Assembly: GCA_038087875.1 (NCBI GenBank)
Contig: CM075988.1
Location: 26,166,001-26,230,000 of the forward strand
DNA: 64,000 nt
Origin: Malacoraja senta
Lineage: Eukaryota
Direction: 5' to 3'
Shown piece by piece: positions 13,185 to 25,426 of the stretch; position 1 is the first letter of the stretch; each line of letters opens with the position of its first letter. The translations under genes were made by a program, and so were the position numbers. A model generated the notes under the pieces. The model was not told the origin of the DNA, did not search any database, and saw nothing but the letters and a program-made list of their open reading frames with translations.

Positions 13185-14195
13185 AGTGGCGTTCTGTGCT
13201 GCTTCTTGGTGGAACCAGTCTGTTGCTGAAGGTGCTCTTCAGGTTGACCAGTGAGTCATGGAAGAGGTGAGCTGTGTTGTCCAAAATGCTCCGCAGTTTG
13301 AGGAGCATTCTCCTCTCCAAGACTACCTCCAGTGAATCCAACTCCACCCCCAGGACAGAGACAGCCTTCCTGATGAGCTTGTTGGTTCTGTTGGCGTCCA
13401 TGGCCTTCACCCTGCTTCCCCAGCACACGACAGCGTAGATGGCACTGGTCACCACCGATTGGTAGAACATCTGCAGCATCTTACTGCAGATGTTGAAAGA
13501 GTGGAGCCTCCTCCAAAAGTACAGACGGCTCTGTCCCTTCTTATACAGTGCCTCAGCGTTCCTGGACCAGTCCAGTTTACTGTCCAGCTAAAGTCCAAGG
13601 TACTCCTTGGTAAACTGCACATCCACATCCATGATGGAGACAGGGGACATGGGGCTTTCCTCTCCACCACCAACTCATTAGTCTTGTCAGTGTTGAGCTG
13701 CAGGTAATTCAGCCCACACCACTCAACAATGTCGTTGAGTACACCTCTGCATTCAGCTTCCCTCCCCTCACTGATGCAGCCCACAATTGCAGATTCATCC
13801 AAAAACATCTGCAGGTGGCAGGATTCCGAGTTGTATCTGAAATCTGAGGTGTAGATGGTGAACAGGAAGGGAGAGAGGACCGTCCCCTGTGGGGCCCCTG
13901 TGTTGCTCACTACCTGGCCGAGACACAGTTCTGCAGCCTGACATACTGTGGTCATCCAGTCAGGTAGTTGGTGATCCAGGACACCAACGGAGCATCCACC
14001 CACATCTTCGTCAGTTTGCAACCCAGCAGTGCAGGCCGGATGGTGTTAAAACACTGGAGAGGTAGAACATGATTCTCACTGTGCTTCCCAGCTTATCCAG
14101 GTGAGCATAGGAACAATGGAGTAGGTGGATGATGGCGTCCTCCACCCCCACCTTTGTTTGTTAAGCGAACTGAGGGGGTCGAGGTAGGGTCAAAC
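13185..14195 (-). mobile_element. Rex1/Babar RT fragment, near-identical duplicate of 5333-7120
   Basis: ORF 13449-14021 is almost identical to ORF 6372-6944, with the same frameshifts. Confidence 0.9.
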
Positions 14196-15954
14196 CAGAG
14201 GCCACACAAAGTAAACAATAAAAAAATGTGAGGTATTCATGGATTGGGAGGAGATGTAGGTCAGTGAGTACAAGTGACACACATTAGTGTGAAATAGGGC
14301 AGGGACAGACACGTTTGGAGGAGTTGAAGTTTACAGAGAATTGTAAACACCAGTAAGTGAGATTACAACATCAAGTGTAGTGGCAATAAACTCACAAATG
14401 TGGGCTTTGGTGAGTAGTTCAGAAGAGTTCTGATCAACATTGTGGCCCAGGATCTCGTGCTGCCAGAGTCGCTCTCCCGCTCACTCCCACTAAACCCGCA
14501 TTTCCTTTCCATCTTGCCTCAACTATATTCTGCTGAAGCCCACGTTGGTGACAGGACGGGCCCTAGTTGTTTACGTTGCACGTGACCTTGACAATGCTGA
14601 ATAAATTGCATGTTTTGGTTTGACAGTCTGGGATTGAGAGACTGGGGACTTGGAGCACCAGGTGGGCTGCTTGCTCCACAGGTATTCTGGGAGAGGTTCA
14701 CAGCTTTCATCCAGGTTAGCATCTGCACGGCCACAGGCTGGATGGTGGTTGGGTTCGATGGGAACCAGGGAATGAAGACGAAAAGGTAATGAGTGATTTT
14801 AGTGGGAGTTAGCTGGAAGAGCGGGAGGCTTTTGATGCTCGCAGTCTATTTATGAGCTGGTAACCTGCCACATTGCCGAGTGCAGCATCTACAGGGTACA
14901 GCACAGCTCCCACTGACCGATCCATGATCACTGTCATCATCTGCTCTGGCTCCTTGCCTAACCCAGCACAATACTAAGGGAATTCCATTCAGAGACGGCA
15001 TACGGGATTTGCCTTAAACCTGAATGGAAGGGAGGGCAATGGTGGGGTGAGCAGGGGGTTGCTGGGCATGTGATGGATGTGGGCAGACAGCGCGGGCAGT
15101 AGATTTCCACACAAAGTAAACAATAATAAATGTGAAGTATTGATGGATTGGGAGGACAAGTAGGTCACACGAGTGACACACATGACTGTGAAATAGGGCA
15201 GTGACAGTCACGTTTTGGAGTAATTGGTTTACAGAGAACTGTAATCATGAGGAAGTGAGATTAGTACATCGTCTAATGGCGATAAACTCACAAATGTGGG
15301 CTTTAGCAGAAAATCGTTGAAGCAACCAGTCTTGTGGAACAGTCTTGTTGATGGGAGAGGGTTTTTTTGTGTTTTTTTGTATCAAAAATAATTTATTTGA
15401 TTACGAATATGATACATAAACCAAAAACGTCTAGTGGCAATAATCTCACAAATGTGTGCTTTAACAGAAAATAGTTGAGGCAAGAAGTGTGGAAAGAGTC
15501 TTGTTGATGGCAGAGTATTGGATGGAACTGTAGCTCGAGGACAGGCGAGTTGCAGAAGAGTTTAGATCAACATTATGGCCCAGATCTCGTGCTGCCAGAG
15601 TCGCTCTCCCGCTCACTCCACCTAAACCCCCATTTCCTTTCTGTCTTGCCAAGTCTATTTTCTGCTAATGCCCTAGATGTGTAAGTTGCACATGACCTTG
15701 ACAGTGACCCACTCACCTGACCTTGAGCTACAGTTCCATCCAACACCTCTGCCATCTAACAAGAGACTGGTTCCAATACGTTTGCCTCAACTATTTTTTG
15801 CTTACTCATCTCACTTACTGGTGCTTACAATTCTCTGTAAACTTCAATTCCTCCAAAATGTGACTGTGACTGCCCTATTTCAACTAATGTGTGTCACTCT
15901 CGTACTCACAGGGACCATCTCCTCCCAATCCATGAATACCTCACATTTTTTATT

Positions 15955-16122
15955 TAAGAAGGAACTGCAGATGGTGGAAAATCGAAGGTAGACAAAAATG
16001 CTGGAGAAACTCAGCGAGTGAGGCAGCATCAGGCTGAAGAAGGATCTCGACCCAAAACGTTGCCTATTTCCTTCACTCCATAGATGCTGCCACACCCGCT
16101 GAGTTTCTCCAGCATTTTTGTC
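15955..16122. mobile_element. Penelope-like terminal (pLTR) mini-insertion with inverted halves
   Basis: aaaaatgctggagaaactcagc is followed by its reverse complement. Flanked by the direct repeat tacctcacattttttatt (15937-15954, 16123-16140). Confidence 0.7.
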
Positions 16123-16159
16123 TACCTCACATTTTTTATTGTTTACTTTGTGTGGCCCC

Positions 16160-17812
16160 TGGTTTGACCCTACCTGGACCCCCTGCAGTTCGCTAAACAA
16201 ACAAAGGTGAGGGTGGAGGACGCCATCATCCACCTGCTCTGTTGTTCCTGTGCTCACCTGGATAAGCTGGGAAGCACTGTGAGAGTCATGTTTTTTTACC
16301 TCTCCAGTGTTTTTAACACCATCCAGCCTGCACTGCTGGGATGAGGCGTTCCACACCAGGGCATCCGAAATGTCCTCATTCTTCAGGGAACGGGGGTTCC
16401 CCTCCTCCACCATAGATGAGGCTCGCACCAGGGTCTCTGCCATACCCCGCAACACTGCTCTCTCTCCCCATCCCCCCCACTCACAACAAGGCAGAGTCCC
16501 CCTAGTCCTCACCTTTCATCCCACCAGCCGTCACATACAACAAGTGATCCTCTGTCAGTTTCACCACCTCCAACATGACCCCACCACTCGCCACATCTTC
16601 CCATCTCCCCCCATGTCTGCCTTCCGCAAAGACCGCTCCCTCCATAACTCCCTTGTCAATTCTTCCCTTCCCTCCCGTACCACCCCCTCCCCGGGTACTT
16701 TCCCTTGCAACCGCAAGAGATGCAACACTTGTCCTTTCACCTCCCCACTCGATTCCATTCAAGGGCCCAAGCAGTCGTTCCAGGTGCGACAGAGGTTCTC
16801 CTGCATCTCATCCAACCTCATCTATTGCATCCGCTGCTCTAGATGTGAGCTGATCTACATCGGTGAGACCAACCGGAGGCTTGGCGATCGTTTCGCCGAA
16901 CACCTCCGGTCGGTCCGCAATAACCTACCTGACCTCCGGTGGTTCAGCACTTCAACTCCCCCTCCCATTCTGTATCTGACCTCTCTGTCCTGGGTCTCCT
17001 CCATGGCCACAGCGAGCAACACCGGAAATTGGAGGAAATGCACCTCATATTCCGCTTGGGCAGTCTACATCCTGGGGGCATGAACATTGAATTCTCCCAA
17101 TTCTGCTAGCCCTTGCTGTCTCCTCCCCTTCATCAGCCCTCTGGTTGTCTCCTCCCCTCCCCAGCCCTCGGGCTCCTCCTCCGCCTTTTTTCCTTTCTTC
17201 TCCCACCCCCTATCAGTCCTGAAGAAGGGTTTCGGCCCGAAGCGTTGCCTATTTCCTTTGCTCCATAGATGCTGCTGCACCCGCTGAGTTTCTCCAGCAT
17301 TTTTGTGTACCTGCTGAGGTGCAAACTGACGAAGATGTGGGTGGATGCTCCACTGGTGTCCTGGATCACCAACTACCTGACTGGACGACCACAATATGTC
17401 AGGCTGCAGAACTGTGTCTCGGACACGGTAGTGAGCAACACAGGGGCCCCACAGGGGACGGTCCTCTCTCCCTTCCTGTTCACCATCTACACCTCTGATT
17501 CAGATCCATGACACACTGGTCAACCTGAGGAGCACCTTCAGCAACAGACTGGTTCCGCCAAGAAGCAGCACAGAACGCCACAGGAGATCCTTTTTCCCTA
17601 TTGCTATCGAACTGTACAACTCCTCCCCCCTTCTGTCATGGGTTAGACTGACTCACCTTCCCCCACCCTCCCCAATCTTTGCACATCCCCAATCCTGGAC
17701 TTTCCACTAATCACTTTAGTTTCATGTTTAATGTATCCTGCTGTGTTTTATAACTGTTGGCAGGAGGGAAATATAACAATTTCCCTCCTGGGATAAATAC
17801 AGTTCTATCGTA
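16160..17812 (+). mobile_element. Rex1/Babar fragment (inverted paralog, internally deleted), interrupted by a Penelope element
   Basis: Reverse complement of parts of 5110-7120. TVVSNTGAPQGTVLSPFLFTIYTSD at ~17425-17500. Confidence 0.8.
16341..17310 (+). mobile_element. Penelope-like element 3' part with GIY-YIG endonuclease
   Basis: RGFP..RVPLVLTFHP..CNRKRCNTC..NLIYCIRCSRCELIYIGETNRRLGDRFAEH. Terminal repeat motif at 17219-17310. TSD-like ctgctggg/ctgctgag at 16333-16340 and 17311-17318. Confidence 0.9.
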
Positions 17813-18668
17813 TTGTGGAAATCTGCTCCTCACGCCTTTTGCAGGTTTAGTGGGAGTGAGCGGGAGAGCGGCTCTGGCAGTACGATATCCTGGGCCATAA
17901 TGTTGATTAAAACGCATCTGACCCACTCACCTGTCCTTGAGCTACACTTCCATCCAACACTCTCGCATCGGTCAAGGTGGCCATCCACAAGTCACGGCGC
18001 CAGGCAGAAGAGGGCTTTGCCTGATCTAGACGCTTGCCCCTTTACTGAGGTTACGTCCGTGCCCGGGTGGTGTTAGAGAGGGACATCGTTGTATAGTAGT
18101 TATTTAGTATATCTGTAACATAGTTGTTTGGAATTTAGTGTCTGAATAAGTTGGTGATTTTTTGGTTTTTGTATCGTGTTCGTAACCAAATAAATTATTT
18201 TTGATACAAAACCCCCCCCCAAAAAACCCTCTCCCATCAACAAGACTGGTTCCACAAGACTGGTTGCTTCAACGATTTTCTGCTAAAAACCCACATTTGT
18301 GAGTTTATCGCCACTAGACGATGTACTAATCTCACTTACTCATGATTACAGTTCTCTGTAAACCTATTACTCCAAAACGTGACTGTCACTGCCCTATTTC
18401 ACAGTCATGTGTGTCACTCGTGTGACCTACTTGTCCTCCCAGTCCATCAATACTTCACATTTATTATTGTTTACTTTGTGTGGAAATCTACTGCCCGCGC
18501 TGTCTGCCCACATCCATCACATGCCCAGCAACCCCCTGCTCACCCCACCATTGCCCTCCCTTCCATTCAGGCTTAAGGCAAATCCCGTATGCCGTCTCTG
18601 AATGGAATTCCCTTAGTATTGTGCTGGGTTAGGCAAGGAGCCAGAGCAGATGATGACAGTGATCATGG

Positions 18669-18868
18669 NNNNNNNNNNNNNNNNNNNNNNNNNNNNNNNN
18701 NNNNNNNNNNNNNNNNNNNNNNNNNNNNNNNNNNNNNNNNNNNNNNNNNNNNNNNNNNNNNNNNNNNNNNNNNNNNNNNNNNNNNNNNNNNNNNNNNNNN
18801 NNNNNNNNNNNNNNNNNNNNNNNNNNNNNNNNNNNNNNNNNNNNNNNNNNNNNNNNNNNNNNNNNNNN
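18669..18868. other. Assembly gap (run of N)
   Basis: 200 consecutive n. Confidence 0.99.
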
Positions 18869-19019
18869 ATCAGTGTAATGTAAATGTGTGCTTGATGGTT
18901 AGCTTACATCCAGTGGGTCAAAGATCCTGTGTCTCTGAGCGGTTTGATTCCACGATGTGATGAGACATCATTATTCCTAAAACCACAATCAAAAGATAGA
19001 GTTAATCCCAACTAGTGCC

Positions 19020-19345
19020 ATTCACAACATCCTAAAGCACTTTACAGCCAAATAAATAATGAATTACTTTATACATAACATGTTCCTAAAGACACAGTAC
19101 GATGTTAGTACGCATTTAATCTGATTATTTGACACCTCAGACAACTACCCTGCTGATCTTCAAAATAATTCCTTGGGATTCTTCATGCCCACCGAAAAAG
19201 CAGAATGGCGGCGGTTAAATTAAAATCAAAAACATTGCACCTCAGAAAATAAATCGCTCCCTCTGTATTCTACTGGAATACTAACCCAGACTTTTGTGCC
19301 AAGTCTCTGGAGTTTGATTTAAAACTTACTGACTCACAGTGTAAA
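19020..19345 (-). mobile_element. Ancient Deu-domain SINE-like remnant (SacSINE1/AmnSINE-like); similar remnants near 27200-27480, 58500-58900, 60430-60710 and 63400-63600
   Basis: catcctaaagcactttacagccaa..cttcaaaataattccttgggat..ctccctctgtattctactggaa..aagtctctggagt. Recognised by eye and heavily diverged. Confidence 0.5.
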
Positions 19346-19806
19346 CAACAGAGGTCAGAGCTGGACTGGAATTTTAGGTTTTCTGAAGAGGAAGTTGCTT
19401 GTTTGTAGGAACGTGATAAAATGCCCCATCTTATTCGAATGCAACAAATGAATTCCCCTTGAACAGCTGAGGGGAATTCCATGCAAAGAGCAGGGGCATT
19501 ACAACTGGTCAGATGCGACTGTGAAATGATATGGGGCTAAAAAGGTAATCCTGAGTAAATTACATGTAAATTACATGACATGTTTTGTGTACGTGGATTC
19601 CCAGATGAAAGTGAAAAATTAACCAATAACAATTTTCTTGGAAGGGTGGTGATGGTCTGGAACTCATGATCCAAGAGTTTGGTGCAAACAGAATCAATTA
19701 GAACTTTCAAACTGCAAACTCCAGAGAAGATCATTGGCTGAATGAAGGACTGTACACTCTGTATGAAACTAGCACAAATATGAAGGACCAAACAGGTTTC
19801 CTCCAT

Positions 19807-19932
19807 CTGAAGAAAGGGTTTCGGCCCGAAACGTTACCTGTTTCCTTCGCTCCATAGATGCTGCTGCACCCGCTGAGTTTCTCCAGCATTTTTGTGTACC
19901 TTCGATTTTCCAGCATCTGCAGTTCCTTCTTT
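19807..19932 (+). mobile_element. Penelope terminal mini-insertion with 16-bp TSD
   Basis: TSD aacaggtttcctccat at 19791-19806 and 19933-19948. Starts at ctgaagaaagggtttcggcccgaaac. Confidence 0.8.
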
Positions 19933-20169
19933 AACAGGTTTCCTCCATGTTGCAATGGTCCTGCAATTCTATGAACAGTTTGTGAACAAACTGTTAGTAT
20001 CAGCGATCGCAGTCTTCTGTGAGGTATCAGTTTCAGCTGGACATGGGACGCAGAAAGATAATGACTCTTGTACAGTTAACTTACATGTAAATAGCAAAAC
20101 AACTCACCTTCTTCACACTGCCTGACTCCTAATGATATTAAAACATAACCCATTCAATCATTTATTTAT

Positions 20170-20233
20170 TAAAGAAGGAACTGCAGATGCTGGAAAATCG
20201 AAGGTACACAAAAATGCTGGAGAAACTCAGCGG
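20170..20233 (-). mobile_element. Penelope terminal fragment
   Basis: Reverse complement of ~19870-19933, flanked by the direct repeat atcatttattt. Confidence 0.7.
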
Positions 20234-20825
20234 GATCATTTATTTTGGGTGGGTGTTTCCTCTGGAGAGTACAGAAGTCATGGCCTTAAAGTGGGCGCTA
20301 AGTGTAGAGGAAATCAGAAAGACATTGAGGCTGAGAGTCAACGGAATATTCCAAAAGGAACATTTGTGGACTTCTGATTGGCAGAAGTTGTGGGACTAAG
20401 AAGTTTGTGGATATAAATAAAAAAAACTCTGGATATCTGAAATAAAACCAGAAAATGTCAGCAGCAGGTGTGAAAAGAGAAACTGCTGCATTCAGTTTCT
20501 CTTTTCACAGATATTTCCTGATTGCTGAATTTCCCAGCATTTTCTGGTTTTATTTTAGAAGTACATAAATGTGCTAAATAGAATTTTATCTGGAGAAGTG
20601 TGAAGTAATACATTTGGAGAAGGCAACAATAAATGGTCGTGGGCTTGTCAGTGTAGAGAGGGATCTTGGTGCACAAGTTCACAGGTCCTGAATGCAACAG
20701 GACAGTTGGACACTATTGGCTTAAAGTGTGTGCTCAGTTTTGGTCACCACAATACAGAAAGGGAGTAACAGCACCACAGATGATGCGGAGCACATTTACA
20801 AGGCTAACAACAGAAGGACATACAA

Positions 20826-22770
20826 ACGGAAGAAGCAGCAATGTGGCTCGTCTAGAGGTTCTCGGTAGAAGGCTCCCAGGATGCCACACGCGTGAGAAGG
20901 CTATCGAGATGGCGCGGAGTGGGAACTTCGTGGCCCAGGAGACTTGGTGGCCGGTGAAGGAACACCTGGCGGACTGCGGCCTGAAGGGGGATGCCTCCAA
21001 GCACACGCGGCCACACGCGGCGATAGTCCTGGCTCGCCGTTGTGAAGAAAGATCCGGCAGACCACGGCCGCAGGGGGAAGCTCGGAAGCCGGCGAGTTCG
21101 GCCCCGAGGACTGGAGAGCTTTTTTTTTTTTTTTTTTTTTTTCATTGTCAAGTAATTTATTTCACAGAGTTCGGTGTTCCAGCATTAATTCATAGATGGA
21201 TTACAGGTGATCCATCTACGTATGCGATTTTCCATAACGCAAAGCATTACATAGGAAACATGAGTTGAAATAAAATTAGTGCTGATTTATTTAAATTTAT
21301 TTAATAAATTCTGTGAAAGAATATTATTCCCTATCTCAACCAAGAACTAAAAAAATTGGAGCAGAATTCGGCCATTCAGCCCATCGAGTCTACTCCACCA
21401 CTCAATCATGGCTGATCTATTTTTCCCTCTCAACCCGATTCTCCTGCCTTCTCCAAAGCCTCCATATCTTTCCTGTAATGGGGAGACCAGAACTCACACA
21501 ATACTCCAAAAGTAGCCTAACCGAAGTTCTACAGAGTTGCATTATGACTTCCTAACTCTTATACTCCCAGCAATGAAGGCAGGCATGCCAGACACCTTTT
21601 TTCACAACCCTAACTCCTTTTGCTGCAGCCTTCAGTGAGTGATGAACTTGGACTCCAAGATCCCTCATGGCTGTTAAGGGTCTTGCCATTAACTGTAGAC
21701 TTTCCCCTTACATTCAAGCTCCCAAAGTGCAACACCTCACACTTGTTCGGGTACAACTCCATTTGCCATTTCCCCGCCCATATCTACAGCTGATCTATAT
21801 CTCACTGTATCTTCTGACAGCCTTCCTCCTTGTCTGCTGCTCCACTAATTTTGGTGTCATCAGCAAACATATTCACCAACCTATCGACATTTACATCTAA
21901 GTCGTGAGATTCTAAGATTACATTTTCTTTTTTTTTTTTAAATAATTTTTTTAATAGAAATACGGTAGATTACGGTAATGTACAACACGTATATATTAAT
22001 ACATTTTTTGTACCGCTTCACTTTTTTAAACTTTAAGAAAAAAAGAAAGAAGTAAGAAAGTGAAGAAAGTGCGCAAAGGTTGTGAAGTGCAAAAGAGTGT
22101 TGGGAAAAGAAAGCCCCTTAGAAAAGAAGTTAGAGAAGGAAGTAAAGTTAGAAAATAGACCCTAGAAAAGAAAGAGAAAGAAAGAAGGAACAATCGCTCT
22201 ATTATAACTCTTATAACATACTTCATAGAGAAGGAACTACCAACCAAGTCTGTTTTTGTTTTACCTCCCATTACCAGGTCCAGATACCTTTTATTTATTT
22301 ATTTGTTTTTCTAAATTACTATTGCACCTCATGCTTGTAATAGGTCCAAAAACGTAGACCACGTCTTTTGAAATTGGTCTACTTTGCCTACTAGGAGGAC
22401 TGGAGAGCTGAGGAGTTGGGCGTCATTGGCGACAACGGATGCGAGGAGGGGGCCGGTAGGAGAAGACCAGGGTATTGCCTCCAGTGCCTTCAAGTGTGGC
22501 TGCAGAAGACACAGAAGTCTGGCTCCAGGGACACAGAGAGTGGGTCAGGCAAGAAGGAGGACTTTGGTTGGAGGGCGATGGAAGAGGCCCTGCAGCAGCC
22601 CTGGTGCTTACCTGGATCGGGAGCCGCTCCAGTACATTGAGCACATGGACCAGACTTTGGACTCTTTTGTAAATGGCACCAAAATATGGCAACTCATGCA
22701 TGTGCAATCTATGCAAACAATAACTTCACTGTGCAGTACACAAGGACAATAAAGCACCATTAAACCATTG
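20826..22770 (+). mobile_element. GC-rich non-autonomous retroelement split by the L1 transduction insertion
   Basis: GC-rich halves 20826-21120 and 22410-22770 join across the TSD. Ends with gacaataaagcaccattaaaccatt, a LINE-like tail. Confidence 0.55.
21121..22394 (-). mobile_element. 5'-truncated L1 with 3' transduction
   Basis: L1 ORF2 end (LLVGKVDQFQKTWSTFLDLLQA*), L1 3' UTR, first poly(A) at 21923-21939, ~780 bp of non-L1 DNA, AATAAA at 21156-21161 and second poly(A) at 21121-21142. 15-bp TSD gaggactggagagct. Confidence 0.85.
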
Positions 22771-24099
22771 TCCCACCATTCAATCTTTTACCTCAGAACC
22801 ATTCCCTACAATAATCCCATATTCCTTGACAACTTTAATATCCAAAAATTATTAATCTGTCTTCTAGCTATGCAGTGACCGAGCTTCCACCGCCCTCTAA
22901 GGTAGAGAATTCCAAGGGCACACCACCCCATGGATGAAGATATTAGTTTTCACCTCAATCCTGAATGGCCAGCACCTTATTCCAGAGCTGTAACGCCTGG
23001 TTCTGGAGAACCCATTTGAGAGAAACCTTGTTTTTGCCTTTAGGTCTTTAAAAAAAATTGTATATTTCAAAGAAATCACTTCATATTACTCTAAACTCGA
23101 GAGTATATAAGCTTGGTCTGTCTCACCTCTCCCACAGAGCAAGCTCACATCTTAGGGAGCAATCTGGTGAGCCTTCTTTACACTCGCTCGTATCACACGT
23201 ACATCGTTTTCTGGCTACTTCGTTCGCTCGTGTGTCAGACGACGTATAGCTCGCTGTTGGCTTCTGTCGTAATCCAACATGTTGACAGAATTGGTCGCCC
23301 AACGCATCACAGAGTGCATCGTGTCGTCGTTTCCGGGGATCGCCACGAGGAGGCTTCTGTAATGATCCTCCTTGGGTACTTAGACAAGACCTATACATAG
23401 TATATAAGATGCATTAATTGCACAGGCTTTTTACTTTCACTGTCTTGCAGAATGTATGTATAATTTATGTTTCTGTGTGTTGTCAGAGTCTATGTGGAAG
23501 CAACATTTTCATTGTACCCGTACCTCACCATACTTGTGCACATAACAATAAATTTAACTTAACTTGATTTAATGAAAGGCAGAAAAATGGCAGGGGACTC
23601 ATTAAGTAACTTAGTAAAGGATTAACATATACAGATGAGGCTAAAAGACAAGTGGGGAAGATTTGGAAATCAACGTCTGAAAGAGTGGTGGAAACAAACA
23701 TTCTTCCCATATTTAAAAGGAGCCTGGTGAGCAGTATAATCAGCACGCTCTGGACCAACAGCTGGGAATGGGATTAAATTAAAGTTCATGCTGACTGACA
23801 TCGACATGAAAGGTTGAATGACTTCCTTTGGTCCCATGAATGTCTATGATTTATACGATTTAAATCCTATTACAGTGTAATAAATGCTCCAATGTGCAAA
23901 AATGGCAACCGATTTTTGCAAAGCAAGTTTGTAAAAATGGCAATAGCAGAATGACCAAATAATCTATGCGTTTAAAATATGTATATTGAGCACGAAATAT
24001 TTATCAGACACTACTTTTCTTCAAAATAGGATACCTGGAAGGGAGTAAAAATCCATGATTTGTATCCATCAAAAGTCAGCATGACAGTCAAAACTTGTT

Positions 24100-24402
24100 A
24101 TACTGAGCGGAAATGCCGAAGACTAGAGGGCATAATTTTAAGATGAGAGGAGCAAAATTTAAAGGAGATGTGCAGGGTATGATTTTTACGCAGAGAGTGG
24201 TGGGTGCCTGGAACAGTCTGCCAAGGATGGTGGTGGAGGCAGATATGATAGTGGCATTTATAGAGACTTTTGCATCATGTAGATATGCTGGAAGTGGAGG
24301 GATATGGATCACATGCGGGCAGCAGGAGTTAATTTAACTTGGCATCATGTTCGGCGTGGACATTGTGGGCCGAAGGGCCTGTTTCTGTACTGTTCTATCT
24401 CT
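24100..24402 (+). mobile_element. CR1 3' fragment
   Basis: KTRGHNFKMRGAKFKGDVQG.IFTQRVVGAWNSLP followed by the tail gggccgaagggcctgtttc. Confidence 0.8.
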
Positions 24403-25426
24403 GAGAACATGGGTGCTTTCTAAGTGTTGCCTTCGAGTGAGCTTCCAGCCTTTGTCACAACCTCACGACACAGAAGTAATACTGGTGCCTTACTGTGCCA
24501 CTAACACTTGGGAGGACAAGCAAGAGATGGAACTAGATAGGAGCAATCACCGCTGTAATAAAACAAGTATGGCAGCATGAAGACAGAGGGAGGTTGGAGA
24601 TGAAAAAACAGTGAGGGTGACAATGGCGTAATCCTTTTTGAAAGAGAGCATATGAAAGAAACTTAGCTCCCTTTTTCTTGCATCCCTGACATACACATCC
24701 CACATGCATTGTACAAAGTGAAGGAGTTAGCACCGTTTGGCCTCACTCTCAGTCCAGAAATAAGTCTCCCTATCTTCAACCTGCCAGAGACAGTACTGCC
24801 CAGTCTGGTGTTAATTCACTGATTTACTGACGGGTACATTACTGTTTGCATCAACTGTTGCAGCTCTGAGGAACTGTACTTCCCCAGGATTTTCAGCTTC
24901 ATCCTCCACTCTCAGTAAGTAGACCAGACTCCTTATTCTCACTTCCTGAAATAGAAGTTCCCGAATTGCAGTTTTATTTTCCTGTAAACCCCTGCAAATT
25001 TCCCTTTCAGAAACAAAGTTTTGAGAAGAAGGCAATTGTGAGCTTCTGAGGTATACCTGTGCCACACTGGTCATACAATTAGTCTTATTATTAGAACGTG
25101 AAGGATTGGATTGATTAGTGAGACTGAGAGAGAGGGTAGGAATTAAGAGGAGAGATTGTAATTGTTGAGGAATCAAGAGAGGTGAGAACAATAAGGGTAA
25201 GAGTTAAATTCTCTAACTGATGGGAAAGGTTCCTTTCCCTTATAATACGTACCTGATTGCAGGAGTACCTTCAGCATGTGTTCAGGGAAAACATGGCACA
25301 TGAAACAGTTTGTGTTTAAGCACAGGAAAAGGAATATTTGATATTATTACATTGGTAAAGCACACTTTTGCAATGTTACTTAAGCATATCAGTGGCTCCA
25401 CATGTAGCAAACAAATCTTACACTGG

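Noticed and set aside
18589..18960. ORFs spanning the N run
   Set aside because: Artefact of the assembly gap.
24811..24950. Possible minus-strand exon after cttctatttcag
   Set aside because: No recognisable protein similarity or consistent exon chain.
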